Below are positions 1 through 13,400 of a stretch of DNA of 48,500 bases, piece after piece. The stretch lies in the NCBI GenBank assembly GCA_002633005.1, contig NMRA01000341.1:67093-115592 (forward strand), read 5' to 3'. Below the pieces are notes generated by a model. It worked only from the letters and a program-made list of their open reading frames with translations, did not search any database and was not told the DNA's origin. The position numbers were made by a program, and so were the translations under genes. Each line of letters opens with the position of its first letter. The stretch's first letter is position 1. This DNA is from Phoronis australis (taxonomy: Eukaryota > Animalia > Phoronida).

Positions 1-1586
1 CGGAGGTGTTGAACTTATCCAATGACGTCATCGGTTTCACACGCAGTCTGTTCAGCAGTTCACAACAAGGGTTACTGGTGTCAGCTTATCGCTTGAAGTC
101 ATCGTTTAACACCAATAAATCATCAAACTTCGATGTAAAACCATTAAAAATACACCGAGTTCTTATAAAACGTGTTGTTTTATTTCGCTCTTACGGATTT
201 ATTGGTATTTGGACACACCGCAGCCTACAAAGTTCGGCAGGCCAATAAGGTCCCCGCCGGCATAGCAGGAGTTTTTTGGGGTCTCATCGGAGATAATTTC
301 AAAGTATTTTCCGTGAGATACATACAGGAGAACCTAGATCTGTGTTGTTTAGACTTGTGATTTTTTTGTGTTCTAAACACAAAACGCTTGTTATCCTGGC
401 CAGTGGTTCGGAGCCTGATCAGACCCGTCGCGGCCGGCCGGATATTCTCGTTATCCCAGCCAGTGGCTCGGAAACTGATCAGACATCACGAACATAAACC
501 AGCCAAAGTTCAGTGGAAACTAAACTTCCAGTCAAGAAAATACAATACTAGTGAGCCAAAGTAATGTGCACGTGATTATGTTGGTAAATTAGCCTGCAAA
601 TCTACTTACTCGTCCGTGGCCGCGAATTCACTGAGGTTCGCTTTGGCCACAGTACCGTCAGGGCAGAAGTGGTGCATTGGCAATTATTATTTGAGTAATG
701 TAAATGTAAATAAAGATTCCCCTAACACCTGGCCGTGGGATGGAAATCGAGTTGTTTCACAACAGTTTCTGCCAGCAAACACTAAATTAGCATGAGCTCA
801 CACGGCCTCGGTGTCCGTCAATTACTCAAATTGCAGTGCACCTAAAGCCGGTAACGCAGTGATTTATTAATTGCTGGCTTCTCAAATCATTTGCTTTCAT
901 GAACACTCCAAATGCATTACAAATTGCCTCTAATGAGACAGACTTTGTTTCAGTTTTATATAAGTATTGGTTAGGTTGAGAATAATTCATTTTGAAACAG
1001 AACGCTCAATAATAAACGCCAACATGGCAACTCGCAATCCCAACTTAGGACGAGCTAGAGCTCATCAGTCCCGACTTCGCAGGTGGATCGCTAAGTTTTA
1101 CAGGCTATCAATTCGAACAGGAATACAGTGATGAAGAATACTAGAGAGGCGCCGTGAACAAGCTCAGACAACGGAACGTATGGAGTTATTTGGTAAGCTG
1201 GCATTCGTCAGGCACTGTCAACGTCTGCAGGCCACAGACACGGAGATGTTTCACTGCCTCACTTGCTATTTACAACGTACATTTCATTCTTCACTACCAT
1301 GCGCCACTTCCTAAACATTTCGGACTCTCGAGGAAGTAAAGAAAAACGATATACTTGCTTTCCTCGCAGCTGCTTAGTTCGGACTTGCGAAAACGATGCA
1401 CCGCAACATAGCGGCATTCACTCTGCATATGAACCACTGACGTCGCTAGCGTCGTTTCTCACCTTCCTCTCAGGTTAACGCGACACCTCTTGGCAAGGTA
1501 AAGTCGATCGTATGCGAGGCGATGTGGATATAGACCGATTAAGACGGCAAAAAGGATTAATTAAATCGGGTGGCATTCTCCTTTAA
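1..1586 (-). mobile_element. Kolobok-type non-autonomous DNA transposon, family A, copy 1 (other end outside the window)
   Basis: Ends GGGTGGCATTCTCCT-TTAA; inverted homolog of 5440..7049; THAP remnant on - (MPLCCG...LPRESEMFRKW...HLRVCG). Confidence 0.85.
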
Positions 1587-2224
1587 GTGCTTTGAAAAAC
1601 ACACCGAAGGATTCCCCTTCAGACTGTGTCCGGGAATTGAACAGATAACGTTGGTATGTTATCACGGTTCACGTTGCCGACAGTGTGGTGCTCGTATCTG
1701 ATCAACAGAGTCCCAAAATTCAACCCATCATAGATTCTCACCCCAATGGGGCCACTAAAACAGCTTTCTGAAATGGTTTATCTTTAGACGACAGGTCAGT
1801 AATGATACAATAGATCCCGAACATTTGGCGAAAGACGTTCAGCTCGCTAATCGGGTCCGAGTCAAGAGATAACTGCGGGGAGGTGCGGAAAGTTGCGGCC
1901 TACTACCGCTGCCGCCATATGTTTCAAGATTAGCTGGAATTAGTACGAATAAAACTTTAACGTGTTTGCCGACATGATACTTTTATTTCGGAACGAAAGA
2001 GAGGTTAATTTGGTACAAGCATCACCATCTATTGACTGAACTAAACAATAGTGAAACAGTAACTTAGTTTGATTAAGGCATGCGTAGAAGAAAGATGGTA
2101 AAGCGATGGTCGAAAAAATGTACACACAAACTACAAATGAAAGATGTGACTCCCACATTATGCAGAATAATTCTAAAATTCTATGCTCAAGATGAAACGC
2201 CCAGTCTGCGGGAGCACCACTGCA

Positions 2225-3144
2225 ACAGGGCACGCATGATACACTAGGACACCATGCGCGCACCCAGGTGGGAGGGGTACTCGAGGTTCTCGAACAAGCA
2301 CCCCCATTTGGCGAAGTGGGTAAAAGATCCGCCTCAGAGAAACATAAAGTCCGAGAAACTAAGACAAATGTCCACTAAAAAAGGTGCAGACGCACAGTTC
2401 ACAGTTCTGAAGGTGGTACCCCGTTTTTTATAGTCATGTTAACAAAAGGTCCACTTTGTCAGAAATTCGACCCCCCATATTAAAGGCTGGGTGCGCGAAT
2501 GGACACTATGATACAGTAGGACACGTATGATACATTAGGACACGCATGGTACACTAGGACACATATGACACACTAATACGCGCATGATACACTAAGACGG
2601 TATGTCACACTAGGACTCGCATGATATACCAGGACACGCATGGAGCACTAGGGCACGCCCAGTTTACTAAGACACGTATTACACACTAGGACACGTATGA
2701 TACATATAGGACACGCATGGTGTACTAGTACACATATGATACTCTAGGACACGCATGGTATACTACGACAGGTATGATACATTGGGACGTATGATACACT
2801 AAGACACGCATGATACATTAGGACACGCATGGTGCACTAGGGCACGCATCCCGGCCTGTGATTCACATGGACACCCATACAGTGGGACACGTACGAGTAC
2901 ACTAAGACGCGCATGATACACTAGGACACGCGTGGTGCCCTAGGGTACGCCCAGTACACTAAGACACGTATGACACATGATAGGTGTACTGTGACACATA
3001 TGATATTCTAGGACACGCATGGTGTACTAGAACACGTACGATACACTAAGACGCGCATGATACACAACGACAGGCATGATACACTACGACACACATGATA
3101 CACTAGGACACGCATGGTGAACTAGGACGCGCGTGATACACTAG
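2225..3144. repeat. ~19-20 bp minisatellite (ACACTAGGACACGCATGAT)n
   Basis: Many degenerate tandem units, interrupted by a MITE. Confidence 0.9.
2253..2501. mobile_element. MITE with CATGCGCGCACCCAG TIRs and 5-bp TSD
   Basis: TIR 14/15; TSD GACAC at 2248..2252 and 2502..2506; interrupts a minisatellite. Confidence 0.85.
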
Positions 3145-3316
3145 CATAGGCGGATTTAGACGGGGGGGCAGAGGGCCCGGCCCCCCCTTGGATTTCGCAA
3201 AAAAATAAAACAGCAAGAGCGTAGGGAAATGTTGAGTTTATTAATTAACCCCGGTAATTAAAATTATTGGCCTACGGATGAAACAAAATTTAAATGTGTG
3301 CAGTTTTAGTGTTTGG
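3145..3316. mobile_element. Left end of a related GC-rich MITE, cut by the assembly gap
   Basis: CATAGGCGGATTTAGACGGGGGG resembles the start of 19035..19188. Confidence 0.55.
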
Positions 3317-4014
3317 NNNNNNNNNNNNNNNNNNNNNNNNNNNNNNNNNNNNNNNNNNNNNNNNNNNNNNNNNNNNNNNNNNNNNNNNNNNNNNNNNNNN
3401 NNNNNNNNNNNNNNNNNNNNNNNNNNNNNNNNNNNNNNNNNNNNNNNNNNNNNNNNNNNNNNNNNNNNNNNNNNNNNNNNNNNNNNNNNNNNNNNNNNNN
3501 NNNNNNNNNNNNNNNNNNNNNNNNNNNNNNNNNNNNNNNNNNNNNNNNNNNNNNNNNNNNNNNNNNNNNNNNNNNNNNNNNNNNNNNNNNNNNNNNNNNN
3601 NNNNNNNNNNNNNNNNNNNNNNNNNNNNNNNNNNNNNNNNNNNNNNNNNNNNNNNNNNNNNNNNNNNNNNNNNNNNNNNNNNNNNNNNNNNNNNNNNNNN
3701 NNNNNNNNNNNNNNNNNNNNNNNNNNNNNNNNNNNNNNNNNNNNNNNNNNNNNNNNNNNNNNNNNNNNNNNNNNNNNNNNNNNNNNNNNNNNNNNNNNNN
3801 NNNNNNNNNNNNNNNNNNNNNNNNNNNNNNNNNNNNNNNNNNNNNNNNNNNNNNNNNNNNNNNNNNNNNNNNNNNNNNNNNNNNNNNNNNNNNNNNNNNN
3901 NNNNNNNNNNNNNNNNNNNNNNNNNNNNNNNNNNNNNNNNNNNNNNNNNNNNNNNNNNNNNNNNNNNNNNNNNNNNNNNNNNNNNNNNNNNNNNNNNNNN
4001 NNNNNNNNNNNNNN
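3317..4014. other. Assembly gap (N run)
   Basis: 698 N. Confidence 1.
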
Positions 4015-4263
4015 GTCTTGTATGGTGCATCTGACACTTTGACACTAATAAGCTGAATATTATCATAACGATTTATTGCTCGACGGTAGATTTGTTTTAA
4101 TTCTGCAGTTGCTAATAGCAAATCAGTTGTGACTACAATTCGCTGATATTATGATAATGAAGCCGAGCGTCACGACCGATCAATATATTGACCTTCCCAC
4201 GCATTCTCGACTGTTAGTCGCGTTCTTGCTGGTGGTGAGAGCCGTAAGCGAGGACGAACCACA

Positions 4264-4448
4264 ATGTCGGACCAAGGACAACAGCAGAGCGACGAAAAGG
4301 CGCAAAGTGAACAAAACGGCGCTCCATCAGAGACCACCATGAAATGCATCGTATTGACCGGCTATGGGGGCACCAAAATGTTGAAGTCGGCAACAAGACC
4401 CGTGCCATCGCCGAAGGAGGGCGAAATCGCTGTTCGCGTGCGTGCTTG
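4264..4448 (+). CDS. VAT1L: VAT1L exon 1 (MSDQGQQQ...EGEIAVRVRA)
   Basis: ATG at 4264; MKCIVLTGYGG motif; donor TG|GTAGGT (phase 2). Confidence 0.9.
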
Positions 4449-7400
4449 GTAGGTCTGGAATCTGTTCAATTGTCACACTAGCTGTATCCATTCTAAATGT
4501 GCAACTGAAAGTACATGAAAGGAGAATTAACGGTTCTTCAAGTCGACGCTCCATTTTTTCTTAGATCAAACAGTGGTTTTCTGCTGGTCTGTGACATGTC
4601 TACATCCAGAGATCGTTTACTTGGAATAGTTAATCGTGCATCCTTGTTCCAATGAAGCGTAACAGGGTTCATACCGGAAAATGGGGATTTAGACAAAATG
4701 GAAATTTCAAGGCACTGGCATTGGTTTTAAATTGATGTTGTGTGACCTTCATTCGGTCGGTCAAATATCATGTTAACGTTAATGCATTTGTTTATTAAGT
4801 GGTTTACCGTATATTCAGGTGCAAACATACACAGTTTAGCTAGGCAAGGCCTTAACCAGCGGCACCAACGCATCTACAGGTAGTTAGCGTGCTTCAGGTT
4901 TTAAATCAAAAACAACTCTTCACGAGCGCGTACAGTTTGTCCTTAGTTAGCGTGTTTGCAGGGTTTAACTACCTACGCATATCGATTTTTTTCTCCCGTG
5001 GGTCTATCGTCTTGTTATCAGTTAATCTCTCTTCGCCGTCAACTTCAATGCTATACGTTTATGAGAGTAATTTACAAGTGAGTCATAAACCCCATTTTTT
5101 CAGTCAAAAGATTTAATACCTCTTTGAAAATGCAATCGGGTCTAAACAGCGAATTTTGTGTGTAAAAACTATTTAGTACATAGCTTTTAAGAAGTGATTT
5201 TCGTCCCGTTTTAAGGTGAAATTACCAGTTGTGATAAAGAATGCTGTGAGCGTTCTACAGAAACGATTCACTTTTCGCGCAACAAAAATTCAACGTAACA
5301 TTTCAGTACGAATAAATACGCTAGAAACATGTACATGTATACAGCACAAGTTTTTAACCGTAAAATGTCGATGAAAGTAATTGTCCGACACTTCTGGCGA
5401 CACAAATTCAAACAAAACGCTGTGATAACACCAATGGGCTTAAAGGAGAATGCCACCCGATTTAATTAGTCTTTTTAAAGTCTCAATCGGTCTATATCCA
5501 CATTGCCTCTAATACGGTCGACCTCACCTTGCCGAGAGGTATCGCGTTAACCTGTGAGGAAGGTGAGAAACGACGCAGCGACGTCAGTGGTTCATCTGCA
5601 GAGTGAATGCCGCTATATTGCGGTGCATCTTTCCCGCTTGTCCGAACTACTATTAAGCTGCGAAGAAAGCGGTATATCGTTTTTTCGACTTCATCGGGAG
5701 CCCCATATGCTTAGAAAATGGCTTGCGATATTGAAGAATAAAAAGAACGCTGTTAATAGCAAGTATGAGGCGGTGAAATATCTCCGTGAATGTGGCCGGC
5801 ATTTCGTCGACAGTGATTTCTCTGATGAATTCCAGCTAACCAAAGAACTTTCCATACGTTCCGTTGCCGGTGCATGTTCACGGCGCCTCTCTAGTATTTC
5901 TTGGTCAGTGTATTCCGGTTCGAACTGATAGCCTGTGAAAACTAACGATCCGACCCGTGAAGTCTTCGTCGGATGAGCTCTCGACTAGTCGGTACTGGCT
6001 CCGGGCGAGTTGCCATGTAGACGTTTATTATTCTGCTTTCTGTTTCAAAATGAATTATTTTCACCCTAACCAATGCTTATGTAAAATTGAAACAATGTCT
6101 GTCTCATTAGATACAATTTGTAATGCCTTTGGAGTATTCGTGAGTGCAATGAATAAACCACTGCGTTATCTGGCCGGTTTTAGACGCAATAAAGGTAATT
6201 GACCGGCCGTGTGAGCGCATGCTAATTCAGTGTTTGCTGAAAGATAGCTGTTGTGAAACAATAACTCGATTTTATATGCTATTATCACATGTTAGGGGAA
6301 TCTTTATTTAGATATGCAAATACATTATTCAAATCATTGTTACTATACAACCTTTTCCGTGACGGTTTTGTGAAAGGGGAACCTGACCGTCTTCGCGGCC
6401 CCCGACAAGAAAGTAGATTTTCAGTTTCGTGGCTAATTCACTTAAGTAATTACGTGCACATTATTTCTTTGGCTCACTATTATAGTCTTTTCGTGACTGG
6501 AGGTTTAGTTTCAACTGGTTTTTGTTCGTGATGTCCAGTCCCGGCGGCCGCGATGGGCCTGATCGGGTTCCGAACCACTGGCGGGGAGTAACAAGCGTTT
6601 TGTGTTTTTAGAACTGAAAAAATCCCAAGTCTAAAAGTACAACACAAAGCTATGTCCCCCGTCTGTATTTCACGGAAGAGTTATTCGAATTTATCACCTG
6701 ACAGACCCAAACTCCCACGATCGACCATGTAAATTGGCCTACGGTACGTTCAAATACCTATAAATCCGTAACGGTGAAATAAAACAACATGTTTGTTCCA
6801 GAACTTGATGTATTTGTAAGGGATTTAAATCGAATTCTGATGATTTATTAGTGTAAAACGATGTATTCAAGCGTGTTGTGAACGGCTGAACGGACTGAGT
6901 TCGAACCGATTACGTCATAGGTTAATTTCAACACCTCCGTCTGCCGTTAGGTGTCAGGCAAAAACAACTGAACTTGCTGTTATCGAGTGGAACTACTCGA
7001 TGTAAATTGAGACAAAATAGGTTGTTTTTTGGGTGGCATTCTCCTTTAAGCGTAGAACTATATACTGTCTTGTACTTTTGCCCTTTCTAGGTAAACCAAG
7101 AAATAAGGACAAGCAACACAAAATTTGCATTTTTCACCCTAAAACCACCATTTGGCCTGGATGCGAGGCAAAAGCCAATACTGGATTCTGAACTAGATTT
7201 TTTTGCAATTCGAATTTGTTTGAGGTCTACCTGAAATCACAGCCGATACACAATTGCTGCTAATCAATGACATATGCAACAGGGGGCGAAATATTGAATA
7301 AAAATACAACTCTAGTCTCGTACCCATCATGTTCACAAATAGGCAAATAAACCACTGAGCCTTACATGCAACGCCTACCGTGACCTCAAAATTACCACCA

Positions 7401-10400
7401 AACCAGGCGTGCGTTCAGTAATGCTAGGACCTACGTTAGGACCTAGCTAAAATCTAGCCCAAGTCACGTGCTCTCATTTAAAATACAGGGCAATGTCTTA
7501 CGTAATCTCACGAAGTCTTGCTTTTTAACGACGATAGCCTCTGAACGATCATATTTTAAAAAAATACTAAACCCTGTTTTGAGGATTTCAACCAATCCTC
7601 GTTCTTTTACCTTCTAATGCATCATCAGCGGAAAATTCATGCACCTTATTATCTCACAAATTGGACATTTATGATCCTTGGTGGGTGACCTTTTAGGTCA
7701 CGCTTGTCCGTTTAGGGGACTTTGAAAGGAGTTTTCAAATTTTCCTCCAAACTGTTGAGGGATGTCGAGGTTTACAGAGAATCGTTTCAGAGAACTAGAC
7801 GGGAAAGTTGTTATCAGTATCCGGTAGCTGTTAACAGGCCAAAACCGGGTCATTTGGTGTCCTTATAAACATTCAACCGAGTATGGCACATGCACTAAGC
7901 TATACCATCTCCTGGATGACAAAACTTTCCAAAAACATGATGATAAATTTAACGATAAATCGGCAATTAAAGCTCACGTTGTGCACTTACGCGAGAACAG
8001 CTGTCTTCAAGTTGTTACCGTTCCTGTGACAAGACCGAACGCGAAAGTATAGATCAACACTATGACGCAGCAAGCAAAGGATGCCGCGCCTCACACGTTC
8101 CGCGTTCACGTTTATCTTGTAGCTGAATCTCTCTATAAATGAGCTAAATATGTCTCATTGTCCTCTACTGTCTACATCTAGTGGTGCAGACGAAGAGTTG
8201 CGCGTTTAGCTACACCTACTCTAAATGCCAAGCAACTAAGCACATAGGTCGCGTCTGTGCCAAATAAAGCTACTTGAGAATTTTCTCTCCAGAGCTAGGT
8301 GGTAACATGTCTTTCATTTCCTTTATCTCGCAAGCCCAAATGATCACCGTGCGCCGACCAGGAGATTCAAATGCTTGGAGGATTAGCATCAAATTTAATA
8401 AATTCATAAACCCTCGTTTCGTGGAAAAAACGTGATTTTGGTTTAGTTCACGTAACTTATCGCTGCCGTGACCCTTCGTGTGCGCCAGGTCTAAGTGACA
8501 TTTCCAGCTTTCTTGTTGTAGGATATCTTTTACAATTAACACCTATTTACTCTTCTAGAATTCCAATCCTAACCGTTTCTGTGGCATTGATTTCGACTCA
8601 CTCGGTGAATGGGCCATCGCAGAACAATCTGTAATATTTTAAAAACGCGTTCTTACAATGAATGGGCATGAGATGTCTTACAATATCTCACGAGTGTTGT
8701 GGCGCTTTTTCATAATGATTGCCATCTTACCAGAGATCATTAGTTTATTCTACTTACTTTGTATTCTGTATCTATTACATGCGTCATAATAGATGACCTT
8801 ATATCAAATACCTCGGTCTCCTTTTCATCTCTGGTAACGAGCTTACGAGACACGATATATTATTTGGGACATACGTCGTTCATAAATGGAACTGAGTACC
8901 CATCGACCTCTGTGTGTGCGCCACTATAAATGCGCATTTTCCGGAAATTGGCATCACATTTGAGATTCAGGCGTTGTTTCTATGCAGGGAACAGGCGTTT
9001 TATTGTTACTTTCCTATCCTTGCATTTACGCAAATTGTGCCGGTTTTATCTACTTATAGTGTTTATTGAATATGGTGTATTATCGATCTTTATCATGACA
9101 TTTGTTTCTACAAGAGAATAAACATTTGAGCAGTTCACAGGCACTTGCCTTTCTCTAATGACTTGTACTAGTGATTAAAGCACGACAGTAAACAATTGTG
9201 TACTGCAGTCTGAGCTGATGTATTTTAGCGGTCCGTCAGATTTGAAGCTTTCTTATGTGTAATTGTGTTATAAAATATCCGTGTCGCTATTTCAGTATGT
9301 ACGGTCACATCCACGCTATCATCATCATCGTCGTCTTTGTGGTCATCGTCAACGTCACCAACGAAGTCCACTTCAACCTCGACCGTCATCATTAATCCCA
9401 TCATCATCTACATGTACACGACATCAGCAACACCTCCAAGACTACCGTCGTATTGACACCTGCCGCCATTATTATTATTCAGACCTATACAACCATCACC
9501 TCCGCGACTACCTTATTCCTTATGGACCTGCCGCCGTCACCAGCACGACTACCTTAGTCATAATATAGACCTACCGCCCTAACCTCCAAGACTACCGCCG
9601 TATTGACACCTGCCGCCATTATTATTATCCAGACCTACAGTATACAACCATCAGCTCCGCGACTACCTTATTCATTATGGACCTGCCGCCGTCACCGGCA
9701 CGACTACCTTAGTCATAATATAGACCTACTACCTTATAATTTATAAACCTACACCATCATTACCTCCACCTCTACATTATTCATTATAGACCTACCTTCA
9801 TCACCTACACTTCTGCTATCATTGCACGACCATAACATCTACGATTACCTTGTAAATAACACCATCATCACTTGCATTTTACCTTGATCATCTCCACTAC
9901 AACAGTCGTCGTTGTAACACCGTCACTCTCACACTATCAACATCATAAAATCCTGTCCGGCGTATCTTCCGTCGTCTGAGCACCGACATAACGCCTCTTT
10001 ATCAGCCTATGACCATCTCCACAACTCCCGTCGTCAGCCTATCACCATCATCTCCTCCAATCTTCCGTCGTTTGTGGACCGACATCACCGCCTGTTTACC
10101 AGCCTCTGACCACCTCCACGACTACCGTAGTCATCCTATCACCATCATCTCGAATAGTACCCTCATTGCATGATCTTCGCCTCCAGGATCGCCATCATTT
10201 CACCGTCATCTCTAAGCTTAACTTCATCATTACCGCAACATTATCAGCACCATCACTACCACTGTCACTATACCACCACCACCTTCTCGAATACCGTCAT
10301 TGTATCTTCATCACCTCCACGACTCCCGTCGTCATAATTTTCAGCAGCTCCACGTCCAGCTCCAGTGTCACGTTTTAATACACGAGTCGAACTGTGAGTA

Positions 10401-13400
10401 CGGAACCAGTGAGACCAGAGACAAGCCAAACTGATACAGCAAAGTAATTATTTATACAAACCACGTAGAACATCAAAAATGGCGAATTTACGACATGATA
10501 CTTCGGTGTGTACCGACTGTACATGTACGTCTAGTTTCAAACTTTTTAACACACGCCGCACAGGCGACACACCCAACTTTCGGGCAGATATACCAAAATA
10601 TATACGGTTAAAAATACGCAATGTTACACGTGTGCTTTACACACGTGATGAAGATTATACTTCTCAGTTACGCAAGGCAATACCTAAGAGTTATGCTTAA
10701 TTCACCTAGATACACGTCCTGCCTCTAGGCAAGGACAGACCCGGGTGTTGCTACTGTCTACTAAACATGGCGCACACGTCACATCCGGTATCATTACACT
10801 AGCATCATCTCTACAACTACACTGTAGTCGTCATACTATTATTGCCTCCATGGCTGTCGTTGTCATAATCAACATCATCATCATCTATACAACTCTAGCG
10901 CTGTCATTATACTATTGTCACACCCACGATTACGGTGTTGTCGTCATACTGTCATCGCCTCCACGACTCCCGTTGTCATCATCATCTCCACGAGTATACT
11001 TCCACCATTATCTTTTCATCACCACCACGACTACCGCCGCTATTACCATCACAAGTTTATGTCTACGTCTAGTATAGTCCTAAATAGTCCCAAAATCATC
11101 TCCACGTCTACAGCCGCGTCATAATATCGCCACCACCGTCACACTTATCTTTTTCCAGTGGCATTGGTTTCCAAGACCTGATGGTATGCCAGGGTGCCGT
11201 AGAACAAGCCCCGAAGACACCTGTTGTGCCAGGATTTGAATGTTCCGGTGAAGTGGAAGCTGTTGGCAAGAATGTGTCGGGCTTTGACGTCAGTATTATA
11301 TTTTGCTCTGCCTCTGTAGCCTTTTCAAATATCTTACTTATTCGTACTGGTAAAGATAATTGAATAAGGATTGGTCGACTTGTAGTTTTTAGACCCAGTA
11401 CACAGCTGCAACACCCAATGCACTCATGCAACATCCAGTACACAGCTGCAACACCCAATGCAATTATACAACATACAGTAGACAGCTGCAACATCCATGC
11501 ACTCATACAACATCCAGTACACAACTGCAACACCCAATACACTACTGGAGCATCAAATGCACACCTGAAACACCAACTGCGGCCTACCACTTCCAGTGCA
11601 TTTCTGAAATACCAAATACATTTCTGTCACACCCAGTCACACTTTTGCAGCATTCGTTGTTTATAACAAAACAAACGCCGATGTGCAGTTGTAATAATCG
11701 TAATGGTAATTGAATAACGCAAATAAACGTTGGCTGAGGGCTGTTAACGGGATTTGAATCGGCTTTTAAGAGATCTGGCACTTCTGAAATAGTTGTAAAC
11801 GCTCTCACCATCAGAGAGACTAACTTTCGATTTGCGTCACCTACCTTTATCAAATTGACATAAAGCTATTCCTAATTCAATTGAGAATGGTTTCTGGGTT
11901 TAAAGAATGGCAGTTTGTGCTTAAGACCATGTTCAGCGTATAACACCCTGTTGTAAAACTGGACATTAGTCTCAAACAACAATACTACTACTTTTATGAT
12001 GATCAATGGGTCTCCTGGCTATTGCGTATTTAGTAATTTGGACATTTGTTTTTTAGATTGGCGATCACGTGATTGCGTTCACAGAGTACCAAGCGTGGTC
12101 GGAAGTCGTTACTGCCCCTGCCCACTTTGTCTACAGGATGCCCCCTGGCATGAGCTTCCAAGATGGCGCCGCCTTACCCATGAGCTACATGGCTGCGTAT
12201 ATCATGTTGTTCGAAGTTGGAAATTTACGTCCTGGACAGTCAGTCCTCGTTCACTCTGTTGGTGGCTCTTTGGTAAGGCCATTCCTTTTTTGCACTTACA
12301 AGTTTTCTATACTTCAAATGCGTAACAAGAGATATCGTAAAGTGTACTTCGTTTAAAGAGTTCCCACCATGACCCTGTGTCTCAAAAAGAATTTTGTGAA
12401 TACATCTTAAGAAGATTTAATAGCTTTTAGTATTTCTTAAAAACAGATATTATCTGTTTTTAAGAAACAAGCCAAAAATTTCAAAAATATATTTTTCTGT
12501 TATCGGGGTTGTACGTAATGGGTGGAAGACAGTCTCCGCCGTTATTGCTTTTACCATTGCGATACTGAGGAGTTGTTAGAAAAGTAGTCGCCTTTTTCAG
12601 ACATGAAAAGGTGCGTTTGTGGAGGCTGTAGTAACAGCAACTTGACTGAAGATGTCTGTGTGTTCAAATGTCTTAAATACGTGAAAGTTACAAAGAAATG
12701 GCGTCAGTTTGTGCGTCGCACGAGAGTGGAATGTCATTCTGGAACATACGATTCAGTCGTGAGTCACACTTTGTTCGGCACATTTCAAGGAATCGTGTTT
12801 CGACCAAACGATGACGAACTCGCGACTTTGTAAGTGTATTTGCGAATTTTATAAATAACAAACAAACTGCTTCCAATCTAGGGTGAGTGATGTCGGGCAT
12901 CTGCCCAGATTGAGTGCCACGACACGTAGGCTTATGCATTGCGTCAATACCGTGGCTCATTCCATCATGGCAATAGGGAATACGAGTGACCCAGGTTTAC
13001 TTTGTCCTTTGTCAGTGCCCGGCTATTTTGTGAAAATTGACCACCCCTTGGTTCAATTGGTTGTGGCTCACATATGTCTGCATCATATCTCGTGCAAGGT
13101 GGTCGAGTTCATACCGCCTTGAAACCGAGGAAAGTTCGCTAAGTGGGGAAATCAAATTCATTGTCTGATTCTTCAAGTACTTGAGTAATTTCCATATCCT
13201 CTCTCGTCTCTGTCTGCATATTAATTGTCCCGTTCTCGGTCAAAATCGTCGTCGTCTTCTGATCTGCTGCGTTCCGCCATTGCAATTGATTGTCAAGTGA
13301 CCAAACGTCTTCCACCCATTACATCATTTTGCGGGAAACTTGGAAATAACGAATTTGTCTTCAAAATTAAAAATCGCTATTATTTGGCATAAAAAGTGCT

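Noticed and set aside
3278-4121. Five long ORFs in the ORF track
   Set aside because: They consist of X residues from the N gap.
5554-5928. Host THAP-domain gene (also 12603..12833)
   Set aside because: It lies inside TIR/TSD-bounded elements, the zinc ligands are disrupted, and the copies carry different frameshifts.
5440-7049. piggyBac assignment based on the TTAA TSD
   Set aside because: The TIRs start with AG rather than CC, and a THAP remnant is present; Kolobok fits better.
8200-8880. Possible old LINE 3' remnant on - (SWKCHL...SDKLRE)
   Set aside because: Only a faint resemblance to CR1/L2 C-termini; not supportable without a search.
9225-11124. His-, Asp- or Thr-rich ORFs
   Set aside because: By-products of the CAT-rich low-complexity intron sequence; no coherent splice structure or domain.
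11730-11815. Second SINE- or tRNA-like head on - (GATTCAAATCC)
   Set aside because: Only a B-box-like word; boundaries and body are not recognisable.
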